Below are positions 1 to 14,600 of a stretch of DNA of 64,000 bases, piece by piece. This DNA is from Raillietiella orientalis (Eukaryota). How positions within the stretch are numbered: position 1 is the first letter of the stretch; each line of letters starts with the position of its first letter. The notes beneath the pieces are model-generated. The model was not told the DNA's origin. It did no database searches and worked only from the letters and a program-made list of their open reading frames with translations. Made by a program: the position numbers and the translations under genes. Location of the stretch: assembly GCA_036172245.1 (NCBI GenBank), contig JAYWIR010000039.1:1798001-1862000 (forward strand), written 5' to 3'.

Positions 1-475
1 CCGATAAGTACAGCATTAATATAATATTAGTTTCTCAGGTTTTAAGGTACAACATTTTCTTTTTGGAAGCTTTATGATGATAATCTTCATATGATGGCAT
101 GTTCTGCTATGATTTCCTTTCTGTGATTTGTTTCACCTTCCATACGAGTTCCTTATAAGGAAAAGAACAAAGTGTATGTGTTCATTTCATGCCCATGTAA
201 GATGTCTTTAATTATTACTGGATAAATAGCACAGCAGAGAACCAAATGTGAGCAAAGTTACCAACTAAATTAGAATCCACTTTTACGAAAGCATGAATTC
301 GTAGTTGGAAATGTCCAATGTGCGTGATTGTGATAACCACACTCCATCAAAGATCCTGATGAAGGATGATTTTTTTGTGTGTGTGTGCGTGATTGCATTG
401 GACGTTAAACAGTCGTGATATGGATGCACATACTTAAGATCCGATTCTCGCATTTGTTTTCACCACTATGGTGCT

Positions 476-943
476 CTAAGGAGCCAAATTTATTTTACTG
501 CCATTTCGGGTTTTTTTGCTTGCAGTTGTATGTTCTTCCCCCTTGTTTGTATTTGCAATATGGCGAATCGTCCAGGAAATGCTTTGCTCGTCTTTGGCTG
601 TTTGCAAAAGGCTTTGTTTTGCCTTTGCTTTCCCTTTTGGTACTTTCCGTATGCCAAATTCGAAGCTGTTTCCCACCTCGAAGACTTGCAGCCACCTGAG
701 CACTTGTCCATCGGCTCGCCGTGTCCAAGCCGAGGTGAATCCGATCTGGACACGGGTCATTTCGATCTCGGTGGCTGCGATACGAGATGAAGTCTGCATA
801 AGAAACGAAAAAATTTCGAGGCAGAGTACGTCCGAACGAGCGGAAGCATTAATAAAGTCAAGGAAAGAGATTTTTTTTTTCACTCTCCTCAGGGATCGGA
901 CAGTTTTTGTAACTGATTCAAGAATTTGGTCCTTATGATGCAT
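476..943 (-). CDS. Hypothetical ORF divergent from SUCLG1
   Basis: 155-aa ATG ORF starting 215 bp from the SUCLG1 ATG, with an acceptor-like TTTCTTATGCAG near 795. No recognisable domain. Confidence 0.25.
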   Translation of the reverse strand: MHHKDQILESVTKTVRSLRRVKKKISFLDFINASARSDVLCLEIFSFLMQTSSRIAATEIEMTRVQIGFTSAWTRRADGQVLRWLQVFEVGNSFEFGIRKVPKGKAKAKQSLLQTAKDEQSISWTIRHIANTNKGEEHTTASKKTRNGSKINLAP

Positions 944-1157
944 GCGCTGAGTGGTCGGCCAACTTCCGTTTCAAGTTTTATTGTGTTGAATAGATCTCTT
1001 TTATATTTTCAACTGCACGAAGAGATCTGAAGTGCATTGCACTTCTATGTGATACAGCGGCAATCGGCTTCCGCACAGTTTGCAAGTGACCTACAAATTG
1101 TCATCACGGTTGTTTGGAAATAAGCTTCAACTATTAGGCCGTGAGGAAGAGTATCAC

Positions 1158-3340
1158 ATGGCAAGATTCTGTGAAAGACATGCATTCAAAAGTAAGTCAT
1201 ACTTTCAATCACTTGGACTTTTTTTTTCTTTTTCTTCTTTGCCTTTGATAAGTTCAGTTTTAATGATGAAACGTGTAACTGTAAGCAGAGTAATTCATGC
1301 CTAGGGCGTGTTCTTTGAAGGTTTAGAGATTTCCCAACTCCTGTAGTTTACATCTAGTGAGTTTAAGATATCGTTATGTGAAAACTTTTCTATTCACGGT
1401 TTAATGATTAAATTCAAGTCAGCTATCAGATCGGTGTGTTATGAGTGACTCGTTCATTGTCATGGGCCATTCGACTTTTCTGGCCTACAAAATAGTCATT
1501 GCCATGATTGAAAGAATTTGAAACTTCCTACTGATACTCCAAAATTCATCGAATCGTCTACCCCCAAAGATAGAATGGCTGACATAACTTTCATTCAAAG
1601 TCGCTCAACTTGCACCCGTATTTCAAATTGGATTAAGTATTATGTTCTCTAAGTAGCATCCTAAATTGCTAAAATTCCCAAAGTTCGGTGTTTTTTAAAT
1701 TTTGTTTTTCAAACGAAATTCCATCCAGTGAATATATAAGCCAAGCAAGTTTTTTGCTCTTCGCAAAAAAGTTATATTCAGCGTACCAATGCTCTCTTAA
1801 CATCAAAAATATTTTTGCTTATAGATAGGGGAGTGAAATTCGAGATTAATGAATCTTAATTTTTCAGAATTTATGTAAATATAGCCATATTTTGCTTCTG
1901 TAGGGAGCCCAAATTTTACATGCAATTTTACATTACATGCAAAATTTTGCCGTGTGAATTCAGCATTATAGTCATACTATTTCCCATTATTAATTGCAAA
2001 GAAAACTTTTTAAAAAAAAAAAAAATTGTGAATGTGAATTCTAAAGTTAAGCTACATTGCAAAGATGGAATTCCGAGTAGGGGAATTGAATGTTCATTAC
2101 ATTTGAGTATTTATACTAATGCTGAAAAGAACAGCATCATAAATTATTTTCCGAATTTATTAAATATCCTGAATATAAAGAAATATGCATATGAAGTAGT
2201 ATTTGTCAGTCTTATGGAATAGGATTCCATCCATGCACTTGGAACATACCCGTTCCTGCTACTCAGATACGATTTCCAATTTGCAAATCACAAAGAAAAC
2301 TAAAGTGATATGCCAAGGCTTCACAGGCAAACAAGGAACATTTCATAGCCAGCAATGCATACAGTATGGCACAAATTTTGTTGGAGGAGTATCACCTGCT
2401 AAGGGTGGTAGCTTTCACTTAGGGCTACCTGTATTCAGTACAGTCAGTGAGGTACATTACATTTACAATTGCAATAGCTGCACTCAGTTGTAATTACAAT
2501 AGGCAAAAAAAGCCACAGGAGCTGATGCTACCATGATATTTGTTCCTCCCCCATATGCTGCATCAGCTATTCTGGAATCTGTAGAAGCAGAGATCCCTCT
2601 GATTGTGTGCATTACTGAGGGCATCCCTGTGCATGATATGGTTCGCATCAAGAACATTATGATGAAGCAAGAGCGTTCACGATTATTGGGCCCCAATTGC
2701 CCAGGGATTATTGCTCCTGGACAGGTGATGTAAAGTCCTTATTGATTTAGTAATTTTGTTTAGTGTAAAATCGGTATAATGCCTGGATCTATTCATCGTC
2801 CAGGATCTATAGGAGTAGTGTCACGATCTGGCACTCTAAGCTATGAAGCTGTATATCAAACCACACAAGTGGGCCTTGGTCAAACTCTTTGCATAGGGAT
2901 AGGGGGAGATCCATTTAATGGAACCAATTTTACAGATTGCTTGCAATACTTTCTTCAAGATAAAAGTACTACTGGTATTGTGCTGATTGGAGAGATTGGT
3001 GGGTCTACGGAAGAGAGTGCTGCTGAATTTCTGCTGAAAAATAATGCAGTAGGATGAATAGCTCATATGACCAGTTGATGTTGCATTTATGCAGGGACCG
3101 AATGCAAAGCCTGTTGTGGCTTTCATAGCAGGAAAGACAGCTCCCCCTGGTCGCAGAATGGGACATGCTGGAGCTATTATTTCAGCCGGTCAGGGTCGGG
3201 CTGAAGATAAAATAAAAGCATTGGAAACAGCTGGAGCAGCCATAATCCCCAGCCTTGCCCACATAGGTCGAACAATGTTGCATGCCTTGCAACAGTCTTC
3301 CCATCAAGAATCATGTATCCCAGTTTATGATACAGAGTAA
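1158..3340 (+). CDS. SUCLG1: Succinyl-CoA ligase alpha subunit, mitochondrial; exons 1158-1191, 2210-2451, 2503-2724, 2764-3048, 3095-3340
   Basis: Spliced translation has [34 protein letters not shown] and the phospho-His motif MGHAGA. GT-AG introns of 51, 39 and 46 nt restore the frame. Exon 1 ([11 protein letters not shown], donor A|GTAAGT) is phase-compatible with the acceptor at 2209 and gives a plausible transit peptide, but is less certain than the rest. Confidence 0.95.
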
Positions 3341-3347
3341 ATAGATA

Positions 3348-4802
3348 TTAGTCCATGTTACCAAGATCCTTGGCAATGCTTGCATCCCCTACTGATGCCG
3401 ACTGCTTTTGGCAACAATCCAACACCTGTTGCAATAACTCATTATTGATGAGCTGTGCTTCATGAAGTAATATGGCAAACTGTTTCAAAGTAGATGCTGC
3501 ATCTGGCACATCCAGCTCAATGTCAGATAGGTCCTCTGTTACACGTATGATCCCAGTCTCCAGCTGATCAAGGGTGAGGACTCCATGTGTATAAAAGTGA
3601 TGCAGCAAAGTGCACAACTGCTTTTCTTCAGGAGGATGCCGATGCTCTATAGCCATCACAATTGCTTCATAAACCAGCTCATGATGAAAATGAGGAACTT
3701 CCAGGCTTGTCAAACAATGCATGGCCTCATTTGCATCATCTGCTATAAGGAATTCTTCTAATAACAAACCTATCTGTCGCACTAGTGACTTCACAGGACA
3801 AATACCACCTCCCACACCCCAAATATTGTCTAGTCTCACAAGACCATGCTTCACTGAGAGTAACTGATCAGCAAGTGACAAGCACTTCTGTACCACTTTT
3901 GTATCGACATGACCTTTGTAAGCATCTACGTATGATGGAGGCAAGCAATCATCAGCCACTGCTCGTGCTATAAATTTGCCAAGTATGGTAGGTGCATCAG
4001 GCACATCCAGAATCAAATCAGGTAACTCAGCAATCAGCCTATCAAAAGCTAACGCACACTTTTTTTTATTAGTAGCACAAAGAACAAAGTACCTTGTTTT
4101 AAGTGTTCTGATGTGAACAGCGTTCCACACAAAGTAGACAGTAACACAGATGTCAATTCACAGTGGAAGGGTTTGTGATCAAAAGCTAGCTGTATGCATA
4201 GCACAGGTACAAGACTTAATCTTTTTCTCAGTCTCAATTCTTGCAGGGATTGTAAAACTTCCTTAATGTTCTGATTTTCCAAATATTCCGAAATAATGGG
4301 CTGGATTTTGTTCTGCATCAACAACAGTAATCATGCATATACAGTGAAAAACACTTACTCTTAACTCTTCTTCTGGTTCTGAGTTTGGGACTAATTCTAT
4401 TTCTCCTGTGTCATCATTAACATCATCAAAATCGTCAGCAGCGCGTAATTCACTTCCCGGTTTCCCCCATGTGCCTTTGCCTCCTCCTCCACCTTCATTA
4501 TTGAAAGTGTCTTTTTCATATAATAGTTTGTGAAAAATAAAACCTTTTTTTGGCAATCCTCTTCCAAATCGTTGGTGAGAGCGTCGACTATTCTTACTAA
4601 GCAGTTTTAAACATCGAGTAGCTGCAGCATGAGTGACAGTTTTTTCGCTCAGTTGCAGTTTCGATGATCTTTTCCCTTTGTATTTAGTATGTAAAGATAG
4701 TGACTGATCAGCATTATCGGCATCCCCAGAACCAATATTGGCACAACTGTGAGCAAAATCTGTTTCTGGGGTGGAATACTCCATGTTTTTTGGCAACGAC
4801 AT
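3348..4802 (-). CDS. PDCD4: Programmed cell death protein 4 (two MA3 domains); exons 4802-4544, 4492-4359, 4312-4093, 4048-3348
   Basis: After removing introns of 51, 46 and 44 nt the protein reads GRGLPKKGGGGGKGTWG, IQPIISEYLE, LGKFIARAVADDCLP, LDNIWGVGGG and LEVPHFHHELVYEA, all typical of PDCD4. Confidence 0.93.
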
Positions 4803-5563
4803 TCTGATTTAAAATATTATATGCACCTGAATAATCATGGAAAACATGGTCGAGTCACTGGTTAATGAGTTTTCATTTACACATAACAGACATGACATTC
4901 TACCACAGTAAATGAAATATTACTTAAACAATAATGCAATTTTGCCCAACCTTAACGTTTTTTTTTTTTTTTCCTGCTCCTGTGAAGCATTGTTAGAGAG
5001 AAATTTTCAGCCAAGTATTTGTTCAAATAATTACTTCCGAAGCGGATTTTGGAAACCAATACAAACGGCGATTTCCGTTTTAAAATAACATTCTGAAGAG
5101 CCTGATTCATAAAATTAATAGCAATCAAACCTCAAGCAGTAACTGCTGTATGTCACGCGTTAGTTTCGAAAGTTCAAAGATTACATTCTTAACTCAAAAC
5201 TTTCAGACTGTACGGAAAAAACTTACTTCGCATAAATGAAAAGGCTAACGAGTAATAAAATCAGCAGATTGTCTACGCCTGTCTTCGAACTATCAAGCAG
5301 AGCTCATTTCGATTACGTACGCATCGCGAACCTTCGGCGCTCGAAACAAATTCCCGTAGATAACCAAAAATTCGCATGTTCCGTTGGGGACTGTACCGAG
5401 CAGGCAGTGGTACTTAAGAAGCTGTGTACTTCACTGCATTGTCCCACTTATTGCTTGTATTCCAGTGGTTTTTCCATTTTTAATACTCCTTCTCTACTGC
5501 ATAGTTGGCAAGTTGTTTCTGCATTCTTACTTGTGTAAGGTTCTGAAAGTTTGGGCACAGGCT
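4803..5563. promoter_or_regulatory. Shared bidirectional promoter/5' UTR region of PDCD4 and GOT1
   Basis: Head-to-head ATGs 761 bp apart, locally CpG-richer near 5270-5400, with a minus-strand donor GAA|GTAAGT at about 5226 suggesting a PDCD4 5' UTR intron. Confidence 0.55.
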
Positions 5564-7131
<1,568 letters not shown>

Positions 7132-9532
7132 CAAACATAAGACATCTTGTGCTATTTCTAACAGTAAATGCAGACTGATTTTAGATTCATTTTTGTAACA
7201 TTATAGTAATGTAGGTGCAATGTGATAGGAATAAGATTCATATTTGTGATTAATAGTGAAATATAACTCAGGTTCGAAAAATTCGAAATCAGGCACATCG
7301 ATAGAGATTTCATTATAGGAACTCAAATAGTATGCTAATAGTTAAACATGCACTAATGAGTATGCAATAAAGATATTAATTAACCCATAAATTGTTACGT
7401 ATTTACCTTCCAATTTATCCCCATATAAAAAGTGACAAGACTGCGCATGGAATTGCTCTTTCGCAAGCCCATGAATTTCGAACTTGGGTTTCACCTTTTT
7501 CTCAGCATATGGTTGTGTGAAACACGCGTCTGAGTCCTTGCTATCGTCGTGTATACGGTTCCATGATTAAAACATTTTATATTAGGATTTGCCTCACTTA
7601 GGATGTAGGTAGTGGCATTTCATTCAGAAGAGCTATTTTGGGGTGTGCAATTTGACCTTACCAAAGATTTCTCATGATAAAAAGCGTCTTCCAGAACCAA
7701 CTGCGCGTATTTTCGTTTGGAGGGGATTAAAATACTGGCGTTCGTACAAGTAATCCACCACAGAATTGTAACGAACATTTCTTAGATCTCTTTAGCGAAT
7801 TACTAAACGAAGTCGGTGAAATCGTTACTTAAGTGCAAATGGGTCCGAGCTCATGCGTGTATTCCTTCGCAAGCAGTCCAACTTGGGACACAGACGCGCC
7901 ATTAACCACTTCGTCGTCAAAGCAACAATTCCGTCTGTAGTGCAGAGCAGGCAACTTCCAGCGCCCAACGTTCTTTGAAGCAAAGTTGCGACGCTGTTCG
8001 ACTATGTCGTCAAGGTTTTGCACAAATTCTGCACATTGTGTACACGAAAACGCTTTCGCGTGTATTAAAGATGCCCTCCCTATTTGTTCGTTTTGTACAA
8101 CTTCCAACGTTTCTGCATCCCGAATTACCATGCCTTCCGAACGGAAAGTGGGGGAGGGGGGAACTGCCGTTCAATGATATAAATGTCGCAGTTAAGTACA
8201 TAAGTAAATCTAATACCATAAATATATTTAACGGGAATCCAAAAAATGTGGGAGCACGGTACGCAAATATTTTTAGATTTGTGCTTTTCCAAAGTTACAA
8301 CTTATTCATTAAGTTATCCGTCGTTACTCTGAAATGCATTTTTTAAGAATGACATCTTGGTGAAGCGACTGAAAGAAAGCAGCCCGAGTTTCATTTTTTC
8401 ATAGAGATGCTTGATAAAAGGTTGATGAAGAGGCTCCAAAATCACAGCTCCACATTAATAAGCGGCATTTTAAAGTAGTTTTACCAACTTGAATCAATCA
8501 AATGAAAGCTTCTATTTGGGCTCATGATGATTAACGGCTGCTCCGAAAAAATAAACATACAAAATCACGGAGTTTAGTAACATTTCTTCGGTAAAATTCA
8601 GTTCTCAATCCTGTAGGAATGTTTACGATTTGAATGCCCGAAGACCATCAACTCTTTTCACCCGATTATACCTTATAATTCATGATAGAAAATCAGTGAA
8701 ATCTTTGTGGTTTAATTTTTCTAGGAACTTGCTTTCAGATGAAGAATTTTTCTGTTGAGAATGTCGTCTAACACTCGTCCAATGACTGTTTTACTGGTTA
8801 TTTAAGAATCTCTTTGGTGAATAAATTTAGATATATTTTTGCACAAATATCTTAAAGCAAAATATTTTAAGAATAATGATAGTTATTATTTTCATTAATA
8901 AAAAAACAAGGAAATCAGCAAAGCATCAGAAAAGCTGATAAAAGAAATTTCGTGGAATCCGAACAGCATTACAAATGAGATATGGAAATGTAGTCTTCCA
9001 ATTCTTCTTTATTAATCCTTAATAAAACATAGGGCAAGAAATCAGGAGTTTTACTTGTTTTTTCTTACTCAGATCCATGAAATGGACCTTTTCTTACAAG
9101 AAGTGCAAAATTAGAAAAGTGTTCAACATATTGATGTGCATGCTTGGAAATTATGAGATCAAAATAAGTGTGATAGTCGATGTAATCAGCAACTCATGTC
9201 TTAAATGAAATAATAAGCAGGGATTCATGGTTTGAGTTTAAATGTAAGCTGGCTAATAAAGATATGCAATTGATAGACGATTAATGAGAATCAAGACTGT
9301 GAGAGATCGTGGGATCTCTTTGCAAAACTGGGAAGCTTAACCAGTTCATTTATGCAACTATCAGAGTGTTTTGAAAAATCATCCTAAGGTGTGTTTTTAT
9401 CTCTGACATAAATTGCCAGTGAAGTTTTCGTGGACTGCTCAAACAGGAGATGGCAGTTGCAGTCTGCGGTTCACATTAGGACAGTAAGCAAGACTCTTTG
9501 AAAAATAAGACAGCTAAAAATCAAATCATTTT

Positions 9533-10524
9533 CTAATATGTTCTCCTGGTATTAAGCCTTATGTTTCTGAGCGGGTGAATCACTGCTAGAGCTGAAATCA
9601 CAAATTTTAAAATGCTGTAAGGCATACCACGAAAGGCATTCAAATCTGTTAGATCTACGAAATTGACTATGTAGTGAGTATCTTCGAATCGAACTTGAAG
9701 TGACATATATTCGACGTTATAATAGTAATCCCCGTTTGTTTCTGTATTCATTCTAAGAGGCTCCATTTGCTTTCCGCTTGAATGTAATTTTGGAAAGTAT
9801 TTGATATTTTGTGTATTTCTAGTAAAATTACTATTGAATTGAAAATTTAAACAAGCATTATGCCTCGGATGTTTGGAATGTAAAACATTAAATAAAACAT
9901 GAAAAAATAGAAGAGATGAAAATCGAAAACGGGTTTTCATTTTTTTTCTCCCTTTGGTTGTTTTCTTAAGCTAATGATATTCCATATGAGATTCCATATT
10001 TTGTAATAGTTTCTCCTAAGCGTTAGAAGCGAGTAACAATTGTTTGAATTTAAGGGTTTTCATCGTAAAATCGGTAGCACTGGCTATGATTCTTTAAATT
10101 AGATTCTATTCAATAGAAGCTTCAATCCATTTTAATGAATTTGATGAAAGCAACTAGAAATTGTGCTTATGAATATGAAGAAATAGTCACCATCATCTCA
10201 TATGGCAAGTGCGCCAAGTAATTTGAGTAACTACGGCTAAGCGAATGCTGTGAAGCACTATGGCAATAGGATGTTCGTGCTGCAGCTATACCGTTTTACG
10301 CCTTATTCTTCAGCTTTACTTCTTACCTGTTGTTCATACTTGAAAATCTTTTTATAGTATACTGGCATAAATTTCACGCCTAATATTCTAATTGAAACGC
10401 ATAGTTGACAGTCGGAATTGTTTGCGAGACTGGAGGAAGTGGGGAAAACTATATGTGCATCGCAAATACATGTATCCTGTAGGGTGGACACCCATGTAGC
10501 AGCTTCAAGACTTGATTTCATCAT
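9533..10524 (-). CDS. Candidate spliced orphan gene divergent from CHMP3
   Basis: ORF 10524-10303 contains a strong donor CAG|GTAAGA at 10326, and a 135-codon open frame lies at 9940-9533 in very AT-rich DNA. No recognisable domain. Confidence 0.25.
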
Positions 10525-10612
10525 CCGAAAAGCACACCGGTTAAAGCAAGATAATATCTTTGCAAATTAGTCATTGTTTCATAATTGTATCGCCAAAGTT
10601 TGCTGAGGCACG

Positions 10613-11626
10613 ATGGGATTGTTTGGCAGAAGTTCCCCAAAACCTGCAAAAGAAATGGTAAGCCCTGTTTTGTTAGCACTTTCATTGCAAGCACACTTTA
10701 GAACTACAGTATGAATATCTAGAAACAGGATAGTGTATTGTGTATTCTCTGCATTAAATATGTGATTTTGAAGATATGTAATTCTTTGTGAAGATTTCCG
10801 TTTTTCAAAATCTTGAATGCTATGTAGGTTCAGGAATGGTGTAAAAAGCTGAGGAAGGAAAGCTTCCTACTGGACAGACAGATCAGAGGTACAGTACATT
10901 GATTGGAAACCATGACGATATTTCAATTTAGGTATCATGAGAGAGGAAGAAAGAATTAAGAAGTCTTTGAAAGAAGCAGCCAAAAAGGGTGACAAGGACA
11001 TCTGTGTAATTTTGGCCAAAGAAATAGTGTCTGCTCACAAAACAATAGCTCGAATTCAAACTTCCAAAGCTCAGATGAATTCGGTACAGTTGCATATGCA
11101 ACAGCAATTAAGTATGCATATTTGTGGTTTATTGGGTTTATATTGTTTTACAAACTTAGTGAATTTGCGTGTTGCTGGATCCTTGGAGAAGTCTACAGAT
11201 GTAATGAAATGCATGTCAGATTTATTGAAAATTCCAGAGATTTCCAACACAATCATGGCATTATCCAAGGAAATGACTAAGGTTGCAGTCTGCTTGTTGC
11301 TACTAGTCTATATATAAGAAATTTTCAGGCTGGAATCATTGAGGAAATGATAGAAAGCACATTTGAAAGCATGGAGGAATCTGAACAGTTAGAGGAAGAA
11401 GCTCAAAGTGAAGTTGATAAGGTGAAATCTGTGTGGTAATTTGGCCTATAATGCTTTTGGTACACTTCATAAATAGATTCTTTGGGAAGTTACTGCAGGG
11501 CAGATTGGTAAAGCTCCAGAAGCTGTATCCGATTCTTTGCCTGCTGAACCTCAGAAAAGTCAGGTTAATCAACCAGATGAAGATTTAAATGAAATGCAAT
11601 CTAGACTTGCCGCATTGCGTAGTTAA
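10613..11626 (+). CDS. CHMP3: ESCRT-III subunit CHMP3/VPS24; exons 10613-10657, 10828-10888, 10932-11111, 11160-11281, 11329-11421, 11477-11626
   Basis: MGLFG start, LDRQIRGI, KSLKEAAKKGDKD, LRVAGSLEKSTDVMK, LSKEMTKAGIIEEMI, EVDKILWEVTAG and C-terminal MIM-type MQSRLAALRS. GT-AG introns of 170, 43, 48, 47 and 55 nt. Confidence 0.95.
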
Positions 11627-14600
11627 CATGTAAATTTTATTGAATTAATAAGTTTATTGAATACGATATAGAATATCATTGTGGTGCATGTAAAAGGAAC
11701 ACTATTATACAAATAAACATTACCTTATGTGTTCACTATGTGTGACACTGCCCAAGTCTAGCAAGTTTGCAGATGCATCTAAAATCACTCAGGTGTAGCT
11801 ATGAACAATATGCTTTTGGTTAGTACAGCATATTGTTTTAAAAAAATCTTGTAATTCATGTGTTCAGTCTTCTGAAGACTTGTTTTTGTGGTTGTGCTAT
11901 TTGTATTTTTGCTTTTTCACTAGGAATTTCACAGGATTCATCCATGTGTTCCTAATGAAGAATTGTGCCAAATTTTCTTGTCAGCATAGATTTCAGATCC
12001 AATGTCCGACTTTTAGCCAAGTTAAGTAAAAGCACTTTGTACATGTAGGAGGAAATGTAGGAAAACTTGAATTTTTTCAGAGATGCGTTCAAGAATTTGT
12101 TTATAGTGCTGAACGTTTTAGAGTGGTGTTAGAGCATTAATTGAAGCATGAAACAAGCAGTCTGTGAAAGAGGAGGTATTCATAGTTCAAGAAATCTAAT
12201 AATGCTTTAAACAAAATCCTTAATTCAAAACAGTGTCAACGATTTTAACATTAAAAACGTAACATTTAGAGAACACCAAGGAACTAAATTAAGAGAGAAT
12301 GAAGCAAATATGCCCAAATGCTTTGTGGTTCATATATAGTCAGTTTTCAGATTTTGTGTGTAAGCCTGTAGACTATATTCATTTCATGGAGGAATCTTCT
12401 TTTCTGGATCGTTTTGTTCTGTGAGGATGTTAAGCAGTTGAAACAAGGATCTGTAAGTGGTGATTTTGAATCCAGATACAAATATTTCAAACTAGTTTAC
12501 CAGTCTTTAAAGAAATTCAGTTTCAGCTATTACTGCATTTCAGAGATGCAACATATGTTGATATTGTGACAAAATACCAAGTAAAGTAAATACCATAAGG
12601 AATCAAATTTCGATGTATTAGTCTGGAGAATGAAAGTTAGTTGCATGAGTGATGTATTTGGTGTGATCCAGATTTATTGTTTTGGTTTGTATTATCTTAA
12701 TTATTTCTGTTTCTCATGAAACAGTCGGTTTGACATTGTCATCTGGTTTGCTAAATGCTGTTTCTGATTTCACAGTTTTCGTTCCACTAATGAGCGCATC
12801 TTAATGGGTGCATACTGTTCTGGTGACTCCTAAGCTTATTGGAACATGTAAAGTATGATAAGAAAAAGATCGCCATCTCAAAGTTGTGCATATCATACTT
12901 AATCCAATGATTTCAGTAGATGCAGTCGCATTTAATTATATGTTAGGTGTTTTTCTTTATGTTATATGTCATTGTAAGCATTACTGACTGCTGTTGAAAA
13001 TTTCAGCTAGAGTTTTCCTTTGCAACTATTGAGTTTAATTTGGTTACATTTGACAGTTTGTAGTCAGTCACACAAAATACGTTGAGTTTAAGCATTGATT
13101 GAAATTATACCAAATATTCAACATAGCATTATGAAGATTTGTCATATTGTTGATTCATATGATTTACGATGTTTTCTTTTTCTTTTAATAACCACTTTAA
13201 ATTGCTTGTGCTTTGTAAAAACTAAAGCAAAAGTATTGAGTTTTGTTTTTGCTTCAAGGTTTTCTGCTCTAAAAGACAGCAAAACTTTTTAAGTACAGGG
13301 AGACATTTTTGTATAGCAGTGATGACTAGTTTTTGTAAGAAATTTGAGCAAATGGAGTTGTGGATGTGTTTTTTTTTTTTTGCATACACTTGGAAGAAAA
13401 GAAACGAAAGACTGGATAAAATAATAATAAAAAATAGTTCTCATTCAGTTGATATTCCCAGGGTGCTGTCTATATCCGTTAGCTTACAGCTATTCATATG
13501 AGAAAATGAAGTCTGAAACTCTGAAAACGAAAATATGAAAAAAATTTAGATGAAAGTATGCATGGTGTCAATTGAAATATGTAAGCATTGGAGTTGACAC
13601 AAAGCTCTTTAAGCATTTAGTACAAATATCTTGTCTACCTGGTTGTTTATAAGTAACATATAATGATGATATTGCTAATTTTGGAGTACACACTTGTTGA
13701 TGTTGGTTGATTTTGCAAAATATTTCAAAGAGACAGACTCCACATGTGGTCAAAGAGGTGCCATGGATAGGCGATTTTCATTTTCAGATTGTGTGGATTG
13801 TTTGTCCAAGGACTGACTAAATTTTTGTTAAGAAAAACGGAAGTCATGCAAGCAAACTTCATGCAGTTGGGTTTATGCACATTAGATTATAGCAGATGAT
13901 TGAGAAGCAGCAATAATGATTTCTTGGGTTAAAAAAAAACAAAAAAAACCTTTATCAAGAGATAGAGATTCATTCATTCCGTCATCATATTCATTAACTC
14001 AGCAGCTGACGAGTTGCATTTATGGCTTCTTATCAACATGGTGCGGTTTTGAAATGCATTCTTTTGGTGAAGGCACGAAAAGAGAATGAGCATCTTTCAT
14101 ATCAAGAAACAAAAGTTAAAAGTGTGGAGCAGAAACTGTGAAGGTATCTTCTGCCACATCAAAACAAATTACGATGTCTTTATACGTTGCTTGAAAGTAA
14201 GTTAGTATGATTACATCTTTCAATAAATGTGTCAAAGTTTTGGACGTTTTGGAACCATTTTCATGATATCGTGAATATTCTGAGAAATTTTCAGTAAGCT
14301 GGCGTTTCCATGCTTTTTTTCTGTATTATGTTGCTTTTTTGGGGGGGGGGGGGTCAGTAGCAGAATTCATTGCTGGAATTAAAGAGCTGCTGTATTGAAG
14401 CATTCACCGCGTTCACAAAGAGCTTCTGAATGAAAAGAAAATTGCAAGATCCACGTACATCAACTTTGGGGAAGTGCTGATCTTAGATACTGCCTAAGAA
14501 CTAACGGTAGTTGACCAATAACGAGACGAAAAAGAGAAGCGGGTATTCAGAAGATAGGTTCGCGCAAAATTTCCTGAATACTCCCGCCCGATTGTACATT

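Noticed and set aside
7829..8131. 100-aa minus-strand ORF
   Set aside because: No homology cue or clear gene structure; length is within chance range.
12081..12290. Apparent decayed reading frames with scattered stops (also 8.9-9.3 kb and 38.9-39.2 kb), suggesting stop-codon reassignment
   Set aside because: Stop density fits random AT-rich DNA, and all six real genes use the standard code with no internal stops.
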